Part shown: piece by piece, positions 48,801-55,506 of the stretch
Layout of the letters: each line of letters starts with the position of its first letter
Position numbering within the stretch: the stretch's first letter is position 1
Virus record (IMG/VR): IMGVR_UViG_3300042923_000318
Span: 1 to 56,134 of that record
Reading direction: 5' to 3' (one strand)
DNA from: a virus
Lineage: Duplodnaviria; Caudoviricetes
DNA length: 56,134 bases
Notes under the pieces: generated by a model
Seen by the model: only the letters and a program-made list of their open reading frames with translations
What the model was told of the DNA's origin: nothing
The model's database searches: none
Translations under genes and position numbers: made by a program

Positions 48801-49118
48801 CCTATTGCGTTAACAGGTTTAACTTTAGAACCTGGGCAGTATTTTAACTTTACTGCATACAGAAATTATCTATCGCCTAATTGGAAACCAAATGCTACAG
48901 ATTTCTATATCGTGCAGGACAAGAAAGATGTGTATGTGTTTATTGACTATCATCAAAGTGTATCTTTTGAAAATATAAAATTGGACAATTATATTGGAAA
49001 ATCAATATCTGTAGTAGAAAGCGAAAACTTTACAATTGTGAATGATATTGTGGATGCAGATGGAGTTATTTTCACCATAGCCAATGGATATGGATATGCA
49101 ATTTTGAAGTTAAGTTAA
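45834..49118 (+). CDS. Large BppU-type virion appendage/adhesin (N-terminal anchor, coiled-coil stalk, variable beta-rich C-terminus)
   Basis: N-terminal KRPDN..GIV.ANIQVY..F.Y.V (DUF2479/BppU-like); Ala/Thr heptads; two GxNK.NK..TT.YIPVKAG..YD repeats. Confidence 0.7.
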   Translation: MAQPYEFTLDYKIFKGYPVMIYTKGDAEATPMIITLTDRNIAENLTNKYVTVTIKRPDNQSFVYIANIVAQNKISFTPNLQALNTQGIVLANIQVYEGNIRVSTTRFQYLVAGELINGELVEDDSNFPVLTNLIDDVNKAKEGIGVIGSLSEDLTEKIEEAETIDGTLASRISTGNTLKNSLDADIATGSTLHTNLNADIAAANTAKSNLDGSITTAGTTKSELDASNTTANTTKTALENTISDADTAKEDLQIVIATADTTTYATKGEINDVNSQLAEKANQSYTDNQLALKRDKSVPMELEDFSATVLGAIDGTGGPFNLLSIPQDSSVTPEKTTYLTVGRNKFNKYRMLLGNLINTTGGLTVSSGYATTLDYIPVKAGEVWTFKRVRYIAFYDSDKVFINRIDRAGSSAENTETIANDGFVRITTYNGTSSNFWIELAYMAKENSYSGYESYKMGSASLEVDNSNLKNSNINAEKLAGDIPAEKVSFVLIGINKTNKIKHSLGYIVSETDGNITVNASYNTTEYIPVKAGITYVANYPRKIALYDNNKLFLSGIDVPIIIATTFTPSVDGFVRIAYSSSRSDFQIEIGSTPTSYVPYSYVMDNLEFNNDQKQKIKEFIALKIYKVGNLYKIRSVFDDVNDMVIEVSSNGSLNGSFRFERSYLIPVSSENFSNIEVFHPNSQDDITPIRTFYTVGANHGYASLQINATGYTSADLGSTWTDGSTIFTMVKTTSTYVQFVSEYIVDGNGIVSAKSIVPIANLTHVSGATNTTAIPISGYTTPNLFPSINNKSVKFVLDGKEIIADGTYYGIDLQVQESYNVMDYKSLIDYAQSHIGTSYENNSVEGVVRLSINYNFKEKGSVLINHNIRILKKVSMGDCGFVQYFPIGLSGHILTRYLPNSLTNGGYNFKNIVDMTSYSSNLIFTSAYYENSNIPPHRNIDWAVNSSTSVKKVGFAFGYLPDKSSGKHAQRLINTPRAWDMRGTKKSYPIALTGLTLEPGQYFNFTAYRNYLSPNWKPNATDFYIVQDKKDVYVFIDYHQSVSFENIKLDNYIGKSISVVESENFTIVNDIVDADGVIFTIANGYGYAILKLS
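46653..46680 (+). repeat. 28-bp cassette-boundary site inside coding sequence (AATTCGCAATT GGCAGA AAAGGCGAATC; encodes NSQLAEKAN)
   Basis: Left arm 10/11 identical to the 49809 site; right arm 10/11 identical to the 50723 site. Confidence 0.7.
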
Positions 49119-49255
49119 TTAGTCTTAGGAGGAAAATTATGATACCGTTAAAAAATATATTATCGAAAAATAAAAGTATTAAAATCGATGATTTAATTAA
49201 AGATGAGTACAAAAAACTTTGCTCTGACAATAATCTTAACAAAACAAGAAAGTAA

Positions 49256-49284
49256 GAAGGGTTTTTCTGTGTTTTGACGAATAT
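49256..49284 (+). promoter_or_regulatory. SigH-like promoter
   Basis: GAAGGGTTT-11 bp-GACGAATAT fits RNAGGAWWW-N11/12-RNNGAATWW with one mismatch. Confidence 0.55.
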
Positions 49285-49308
49285 CCCCAATAAGGGGAGT
49301 GATGAAAA

Positions 49309-49803
49309 ATGGCAAGAATTATAGGTTCAATAGATAGCGTAGCACCCAAAGTGCCATCAGAGATTTTAACAAAAATTCAAATGGTGGCTACATATAAGCT
49401 AACCAACAGAGAAGCAACGTTGTTTACGTACGCATTGGAAGCCATAAATAGTCAATTAAAACATGACAATAAATTATATAAAGAATTGAGAAATGTGGTT
49501 ATAATTTTCACTAAAGACGGCTCATATTGCGTTCAAGATGATTACTCGATGGGTAGTCTTGGGACTTACGCTGTATTTAGTATTCAAGCGTGGAGGGATA
49601 AGGAATGGTCTGAACTTAATATTATAACAGTCTTTGTTGAAGAATTATGTCATCATTTTTGGGGTATAAAAGACGAGGAAGAAGTAAAGTATAAAGTTTT
49701 AGAAGTCATCAATAGAATTTTTAAACAAAAATTACAGTTTGAAGATATTTTTCTACCCACATGGAAAGAGGGTTATCCGCATATTTATGGGAATCAAAAA
49801 TAA
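49309..49803 (+). CDS. Moron; zincin-like hypothetical protein
   Basis: EELCHH..DEEEV variant metal-binding motif; own promoter and terminator. Confidence 0.6.
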   Translation: MARIIGSIDSVAPKVPSEILTKIQMVATYKLTNREATLFTYALEAINSQLKHDNKLYKELRNVVIIFTKDGSYCVQDDYSMGSLGTYAVFSIQAWRDKEWSELNIITVFVEELCHHFWGIKDEEEVKYKVLEVINRIFKQKLQFEDIFLPTWKEGYPHIYGNQK

Positions 49804-49808
49804 AAGGT

Positions 49809-49836
49809 AATTCGCAATAGGAAAAAATTACGAACT
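49809..49836 (+). repeat. 28-bp cassette-boundary site (AATTCGCAATA GGAAAA AATTACGAACT)
   Basis: Dyad TTCGCAAT/ATTACGAA; 5 bp after the stop of 49309..49803, before the terminator. Confidence 0.7.
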
Positions 49837-49949
49837 TAAGAGAGCTAACCCCTCTCTTTTTTATTTACAAACATGTCCGATTTAACTTTACAAGTAAACC
49901 TATATAGGATATAATGTAATTAAGTAATAAAGTACAGAGGTGAATTGAT

Positions 49950-50339
49950 ATGAGATTATGGCATGAAGATTTAATTCCTAAATTACCAAGACAACAATTA
50001 TTAGGGCAACATAGAGAGTGTTGTGCGTTGCGCGGTAATGGTTGGAGCAAGAAACACGCTACAGTAAACTATGTATTCAGTCACAAGCTTGAGTTTCTTG
50101 TTGCGTATCACTTGAAAGTTATAGAAGAAATGCAGTTAAGAGGCTATAACGCATCTGCTGAATGGCTTGATTACAATTATCGAGGTAAAGCGTGTGGCAA
50201 GGCAAAATTAGATCTAAGCAGCATTGATAGAATCAAAAACCTTAAACCGATTTATCGAGAACACGACAACAATTATTTGCTTGAATGTATAGAAAATTTA
50301 AAAAGTAAAGGGATAGAATTAGAGGAGGAGAGGAAATGA
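49950..50339 (+). CDS. TIGR02328-family (pyrimidine dimer DNA glycosylase-like) protein
   Basis: MRLWHEDLIPKLPRQQLLGQHRECCALRGNGW.KKHATVNYVF..IY.EH..YL.EC..NL..KGI. Confidence 0.9.
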   Translation: MRLWHEDLIPKLPRQQLLGQHRECCALRGNGWSKKHATVNYVFSHKLEFLVAYHLKVIEEMQLRGYNASAEWLDYNYRGKACGKAKLDLSSIDRIKNLKPIYREHDNNYLLECIENLKSKGIELEEERK

Positions 50340-50719
50340 ATATTAAATTTATAGCTTGGGATATTCAAGATTCAATTATGCTTAAAGGAAGTTCGGTGGT
50401 AATTGGAAGTAATGACGATGCTTATTTTTTAGATGGTGACGGAGAATGGAAAGATTGTGGAGACAGAGTGAAATTAATGCTTTATAGTGGGATAACAGAT
50501 AAAAACAAAGAGGAAATTTACACTGATTTTATAGTTAAACGAACTTCTATGACTCCAGGGGGGATTGATTTTGTTGGCTTGGTTACTTTTGCAGAGGGTA
50601 GATTCTGGATTGATAACGGGCAACAGGCAGTACCGCTATTTAGCGAAGCTGACGAGCTGGATATACTGGGGCATAGGTACGAGGAATCAGAGAAGGTTGA
50701 GAAGTGGCTGGGGTTATAA
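50336..50719 (+). CDS. YopX-family protein
   Basis: IKF.AWD..LM.YSGITDKN..EIY..IV..ILGHRYE. Confidence 0.85.
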   Translation: MNIKFIAWDIQDSIMLKGSSVVIGSNDDAYFLDGDGEWKDCGDRVKLMLYSGITDKNKEEIYTDFIVKRTSMTPGGIDFVGLVTFAEGRFWIDNGQQAVPLFSEADELDILGHRYEESEKVEKWLGL

Positions 50720-50722
50720 TTT

Positions 50723-50750
50723 ATTACTGAATTTGAAATAAAGGCGAATT
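50723..50750 (+). repeat. 28-bp cassette-boundary site (ATTACTGAATT TGAAAT AAAGGCGAATT)
   Basis: Between YopX stop and RBS of 50768..50980. Confidence 0.6.
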
Positions 50751-50767
50751 ATTGAAAGGGTGATTAT

Positions 50768-50980
50768 ATGAATGGTTTAACTCAAATAAAAGATAAAGAT
50801 GGAATTCTATATGATGTTCAATATGATTTAGATTTTGAAAGATTTCTTATATTTGAACATGATAGAGAAAATGTTAAAGGTAATTATTTTACGAGTAAAG
50901 ATATACAAAGGTTCTTAGAAACTAAGCAAATAATAATTGTTAATGATGGCGACAAAGTGTTTGAAAAGTATTTGAATTAG
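50768..50980 (+). CDS. Hypothetical protein (cassette between two 28-bp sites)
   Basis: 70 aa; flanked by sites at 50723 and 50979. Confidence 0.65.
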   Translation: MNGLTQIKDKDGILYDVQYDLDFERFLIFEHDRENVKGNYFTSKDIQRFLETKQIIIVNDGDKVFEKYLN

Positions 50981-51006
50981 TTCGTAATTCAAGAAATTTG
51001 AGAATT
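50979..51006 (+). repeat. 28-bp cassette-boundary site (AGTTCGTAATT CAAGAA ATTTGAGAATT)
   Basis: Begins at the 2nd base of the TAG stop; spacer identical to the 10594 site. Confidence 0.6.
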
Positions 51007-51038
51007 AACAACTTACCAAAATATGTTATAATTACATC

Positions 51039-51158
51039 AAGTGGGAGAAGATATTTGCAACATCTTCATACACCGTGCCTCCGAGCGGTTCCCACTTATA
51101 TAAAAATATCGGAGAAACATTTTTCGGAGGATTACCAATATCGGTAGTCCTTTTATTT
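51039..51158 (+). ncRNA. Candidate C4/CI-like three-way-junction RNA with CCUCCGA loop, two downstream targets and terminator
   Basis: TGTTATAAT at 51024; stems AAGTGGGA/TCCCACTT, GAAGAT/ATCTTC, ACCG/CGGT; TCGGAG at 51109 and TCGGAGG at 51124; terminator 51129-51158. Confidence 0.65.
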
Positions 51159-51186
51159 TAAGACTTTTAAAGAGTCTTTTTTATTT

Positions 51187-51240
51187 TGTACGATATTTAT
51201 TTACTTAACTATTGCATAATGTACGTTATTACTTTATAAT
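51187..51240 (+). promoter_or_regulatory. Promoter with two TGTACG operator copies
   Basis: TGTACGATATT at 51187; TTGCAT-17 bp-TATAAT with TGTACGTTATTACTT in the spacer (51220). Confidence 0.7.
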
Positions 51241-51269
51241 GTAAGTATAAACATTAAAGAGGTGGTAAA

Positions 51270-51422
51270 TTGGCTAACAAAGAGACAAAACCAAGATTTG
51301 TCGCTGATTGCGATTCAGAACTAAAAAAGGAAATAAAAACTTTCTGCGTTAAGAAAGGAATAGATTTAAAAGATTTTGTTATTTCAGCAATACTTGAGAA
51401 ATATGAAAAAGAAAAAGATTAA
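51270..51422 (+). CDS. Ribbon-helix-helix regulator, 50 aa (not in ORF track)
   Basis: AGAGGTGG RBS, TTG start; RFVADCDSELKKEIKTFCVKKGIDLKDFVISAILEK. Confidence 0.7.
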   Translation: MANKETKPRFVADCDSELKKEIKTFCVKKGIDLKDFVISAILEKYEKEKD

Positions 51423-51533
51423 TATATGAGGAGGTGGAAACCATGGTAGGGAAAATAGTGTGCGACGTATTCCCATACCACAGCTTTAGGCAAAAAATAA
51501 GATTAACAAAAGAATTAAAGCATAAGGGCAGAA

Positions 51534-51869
51534 TTGAGGTGTTTAATAATGCCTTTATCCTCTGTTACTATTATACCAAAAATTCCAATAATAAAAATTA
51601 ACGGCATGGTGAAAAAAATTATAGATTATGAAGATTACGAAGATGATGAAATTGAATATTCCCAAGAAGAGGAAAGCCAAGTAATTGGAGAATTGCAAAT
51701 AGGATTAATGCTAAATGAGATTGAAATTTGTACAAGCAAGAAAAAGCTCAAAGCATGGTTTGCTAATATCCAAATGAAAAAGACCAAAAATAATATTGAT
51801 TATTGCCCAAACATTAGCGGTCAAGATTTAATTCAAATAGCGAAGGAGCAGGGGTTTAAAATATTATGA
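51534..51869 (+). CDS. Hypothetical protein (true start probably ~51607-51610)
   Basis: Acidic segment followed by globular C-terminus. Confidence 0.4.
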   Translation: MRCLIMPLSSVTIIPKIPIIKINGMVKKIIDYEDYEDDEIEYSQEEESQVIGELQIGLMLNEIEICTSKKKLKAWFANIQMKKTKNNIDYCPNISGQDLIQIAKEQGFKIL

Positions 51870-52229
51870 TGGATGCAGAGAAAAGAAAAAGAGAAGCTTT
51901 ATTCATGTATAACATGTTAAGAAGAAGAAAAATTAATAAACAAAAGAAAATTGATAGGGATAACATAGGAATTGTTGTGGATTATTTAGAAAAGGGCAGG
52001 AGGAGAGGGCATAATCAAAATAGGATTTATGGAGCTTATTAAGAGTAAGGGGTGATGAAATGAAGATTCTTTATATATTTATAGCAATTCATTTTTTAGC
52101 TGAATTTATAGCAAATATAAGAAAAGACAAAACAATGACGGATATAATTAGTTCTGTAATTTTCTTTCTAGTTGAATGTTGTTTTATGGTAAATATCATT
52201 AATTATATTTTTAAATAAGGAGAAATAAA

Positions 52230-52481
52230 ATGAGAAGATTTTTTGGAATGATGCCTAGCGCAGAAATTGAAATAGAAAAACAATATAAGGATAAAAACGG
52301 ATATAGAATAACAATTCAATCTGGTCAGCATGGTTGGACTGTTATTTACACAGATTCATCAACAGAATATAAAGATATAGATTGCACAACGGATGAAAAC
52401 TTTAAAGCTGCTTATAATTTAGCAACAAGTAGATTAGGGGAACTAACTGAAATACAAGATTTAAGGAGTAATTCTTTATGA
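52230..52481 (+). CDS. Hypothetical phage protein
   Basis: AAGGAG RBS. Confidence 0.6.
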   Translation: MRRFFGMMPSAEIEIEKQYKDKNGYRITIQSGQHGWTVIYTDSSTEYKDIDCTTDENFKAAYNLATSRLGELTEIQDLRSNSL

Positions 52482-52885
52482 ATATACAAGAATTTGCAAA
52501 TAAATTAAACGGTCGAGAGTATGGCTTTGAAATAACAAAAGAGGAAGAAAAAGAAGCAGAATACTTAGGATATGTTGTAGTATTCGGATATTCTGATGAC
52601 AATATTGAGTTTAGAGGAGCTATTAATGACGAGATTGGTTGTTATGGTGCTAAAAGAGTATATTTAGATAAAAACGGAATAATTGAAAAATGCGAATGTC
52701 ATTGTAAATACTGGGGAAAAGCAAAAGAAAATGCTAAAACAATAAAAGCCGTATCAAATGATGATGATTGCTTTGAATTTTATTGGCACTACGAAACAGA
52801 TATTCCTCATGCTACATTTGAAATTTACGAAAATGGAGAGGATTATTGTAAAGGAATAGTTTTTGATATAAAAGAATTAAGTTAA
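52478..52885 (+). CDS. Conserved hypothetical phage protein
   Basis: LNGREY..VVFGYSDD..EFRGAI.DE..TDIPHATFEIYE.GE.YCKGIVF. Confidence 0.7.
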   Translation: MNIQEFANKLNGREYGFEITKEEEKEAEYLGYVVVFGYSDDNIEFRGAINDEIGCYGAKRVYLDKNGIIEKCECHCKYWGKAKENAKTIKAVSNDDDCFEFYWHYETDIPHATFEIYENGEDYCKGIVFDIKELS

Positions 52886-52939
52886 AAGATAAAAATGAAT
52901 TGTTAGAGCTAATAAAGAGAATGTGAAAGAAGGTAAAAA

Positions 52940-53197
52940 ATGAAAGAAAGTATGGCAATATTAGTAACAAATATATATGAAAATATGAATAATATTTTTA
53001 AAGAAGATGACTATATTGAGCCGGCAACAATAAATGCAAACGAAATAGATGAAAACTTTTTTACTGCTGAACTATTAGCATTAAAATTGCAATTTGAACG
53101 TTTAACCCAGCAATCTTTAGATTTAATTGAATTTACACACTTACTAAATAAATTAGCTGTACAATATTTACTAGAGAATAATGCACAATTTGAATAA
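52940..53197 (+). CDS. Hypothetical protein
   Basis: RBS; ends in a partial 28-bp site (53180) encoding NAQFE. Confidence 0.6.
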   Translation: MKESMAILVTNIYENMNNIFKEDDYIEPATINANEIDENFFTAELLALKLQFERLTQQSLDLIEFTHLLNKLAVQYLLENNAQFE

Positions 53198-53334
53198 AAG
53201 TAATATGCAATAAAATAGATATAAAGCATAAACCACGTTTAACTACGTGGTTTTGTTCGTTATAAGCTAATATTTTAAAAGTATGTTATAGTATTATTAG
53301 TTAATCTATATCTTACAAGAAAGGAGGAAACTTC

Positions 53335-54375
53335 TTGAATTTGGAATTTAAAAACTGGCAATTTGAAATAAAAGAAATTAATGAAAAAGGTATTTTTAAA
53401 GGAGTTGCTAGTCCTTACAATAACGTTGATCTTGGCAATGATAGAGTTTTATCAACTATATCCAAAAGGAATAAAAATAAAACCGTTCCTTATCTTTGGT
53501 GCCATGACACAAAAGAGCCTGTTGGAGAGGTTAAATTAATGCCTACTGACAACAGTATGGATTTTGAAGGAAAGCTTTATTTAGATACAAATGAGCAAGG
53601 CGTACTATTAATTCCTAATGCTCATAAAGCTTATGTATTAATGAAAAACGGGCAGGTTAAAAATAGCATTGGATACAAGACTTTAGATTATGAATATGTA
53701 AAAGAAGGCAATAACACTATAAGAAATTTAAAAGATATAGATATTATGGAAGTATCCGCTGTAATATTTCCCATGAATCCTAAAGCGGATATAACTGATG
53801 TAAAACAGGAGGGAGGTAACAAAGTGGAAGTTGAAGAAAAGGCAATGGGTTTTGCGGACTTATTAAAAGTCCAAAATGCAAACGAATTAAGGTGGAAACT
53901 TCAAGATGCTTTAAATGCTAGTTTTCGAGCATTGATGGAAGATGACACAATGACAATAGAACAAAAAATTACTCAACTTGGCGCAAATGTAGACGAGTTT
54001 GCAACAGCTTACAAAGAAAATATGAATTTACTTCTTCAAGCAAGTGCTAAAAACAAAGTAGCTAAAAAAGAGGTATTTGACATAATGGAAAAGAAAGAAG
54101 CTGCGGAACTTGAAACAAAATCAGGAAAAAAGATTAGCAAACTAAGTATGGAAAAAATTAAATCAGCCATCTCTGCTTTATCTGGATTGATTGACAATGT
54201 AGAAATAGAAGAAGAGGACGACAAAGGTTGCAGCACTAAGCCAGGAATGAAAGAAAGTACGGTAGTGGCTGAAACTAAGCAAGAACCGAACGAAAATGAT
54301 ATAATAGAGTTAAAGAGTGAGGAACTCGATGAAATCAGTAAATTATATAAAACAATAAAGGGAGGTAACAAATAG
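53335..54375 (+). CDS. HK97-family prohead protease with C-terminal scaffold-like extension
   Basis: FKGVAS.YNNVDLGND..LWCHD..PVG..SIGY..EVSAV.FPMN. Confidence 0.9.
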   Translation: MNLEFKNWQFEIKEINEKGIFKGVASPYNNVDLGNDRVLSTISKRNKNKTVPYLWCHDTKEPVGEVKLMPTDNSMDFEGKLYLDTNEQGVLLIPNAHKAYVLMKNGQVKNSIGYKTLDYEYVKEGNNTIRNLKDIDIMEVSAVIFPMNPKADITDVKQEGGNKVEVEEKAMGFADLLKVQNANELRWKLQDALNASFRALMEDDTMTIEQKITQLGANVDEFATAYKENMNLLLQASAKNKVAKKEVFDIMEKKEAAELETKSGKKISKLSMEKIKSAISALSGLIDNVEIEEEDDKGCSTKPGMKESTVVAETKQEPNENDIIELKSEELDEISKLYKTIKGGNK

Positions 54376-55488
54376 ATGTCAGATATAAAAGATATGATTT
54401 TTGAAATGAATAATACTTTTAATCACTTAAAAGAGGCAGTTGAAAAGAAGGCAGGAACAGAACAGATAGAAAAGATCCAGGATGCGCTTGACGCAATAGA
54501 AGTTAAGATGCAAAGAGTAAACTTCACTCCTTCCCAAACCGAGGAAAAAGGACTTTCCAAAGAGGAAATAGAGTACAAGTCGGCTTTCAATAGCTATGCT
54601 GTAAGCGGTGCAGTTAATGATCATCTTGAAAAGAAAGCTATGGCAAGTGACAGCAATCCAGATGGTGGGTACATGGTTCCTTTCACTATGGCTAATAACA
54701 TAATTGAAAGAATCAGACAAATGTCTCCTATAAGAGCTATTGCTAATGTAGTTAGCATCACAAATTCAAATGAGTACAGAGTGCCAAGAGAATCAACAGA
54801 TGATTTTGGAGCTGGCTGGGTAGGCGAAAGAGAATCTAGACCAACTACTGATAATGGTAAGTTAGAAATGGTTAAGATCCCACTTAATGAGCAATACGCA
54901 CAACCCGGAATTACTAGAACGCTTTTAACTGATAGCGCTTTCGGTTGGGAAGGCTACATAAATAGAAAGATCGCTAACAAACTCGCTAGAATGGAAGCTA
55001 CGGCTTTTGTTACTGGGGATGGCGTTAATAAGCCAATGGGATTCTTGTACACTCCTACATCACAAGGAATAGAAGTTTTAGAAAAAGCTTTAACTTTTGA
55101 CGGATTGATGGATCTACAAGCTGCATTGTTAGAAGAATATTTACCTAATGCTAGTTGGTTATTAAATAGATTAACCTTAAGAGATATAAGAAAGCTTAAG
55201 GATTCTCAAAATAGATACTTATGGGAGCCTTCAACACAAGTTGATAAACCAAATACTATTTTAGGATTCAATTATAATCTTGCAACCGATATGCCTACGC
55301 CTGGTACTAATGCTTTATCTGTAGCTTTTGCAGATTTCAGACAGGCTTACACAATAGTTGATGGCGCTACAATGTACACTCTAAGAGACGAGTACACTGC
55401 GAAACCAAACATACTCTTTTATACAACTAGAAGAGTGGGCGGCGGCGTAGAAATGCCAGATGCAATTAAAATACTTAAGCAGTCTTAA
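54376..55488 (+). CDS. Major capsid protein (HK97 family)
   Basis: DGGYMVP..SPIR.IA..AGWVGE..GDGVNKP.G..KLKDSQNRYLW..FADF..RVGG. Confidence 0.95.
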   Translation: MSDIKDMIFEMNNTFNHLKEAVEKKAGTEQIEKIQDALDAIEVKMQRVNFTPSQTEEKGLSKEEIEYKSAFNSYAVSGAVNDHLEKKAMASDSNPDGGYMVPFTMANNIIERIRQMSPIRAIANVVSITNSNEYRVPRESTDDFGAGWVGERESRPTTDNGKLEMVKIPLNEQYAQPGITRTLLTDSAFGWEGYINRKIANKLARMEATAFVTGDGVNKPMGFLYTPTSQGIEVLEKALTFDGLMDLQAALLEEYLPNASWLLNRLTLRDIRKLKDSQNRYLWEPSTQVDKPNTILGFNYNLATDMPTPGTNALSVAFADFRQAYTIVDGATMYTLRDEYTAKPNILFYTTRRVGGGVEMPDAIKILKQS

Positions 55489-55506
55489 TGAAGGGGGTAT
55501 GAAGCA

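Noticed and set aside
52463-52490. Additional cassette site AAGGAGTAATT-CTTTAT-GAATATACAAG
   Set aside because: Lacks C5/G24 and is explained by the RBS of 52478
826-54720. Numerous antisense/shadow ORFs in the track (e.g. 826-1071, 12422-12796, 29838-30374, 46118-46516, 7194-7442, 9105-9410)
   Set aside because: They overlap well-supported genes on the opposite strand or promoter DNA, lack RBSs and have non-protein-like composition
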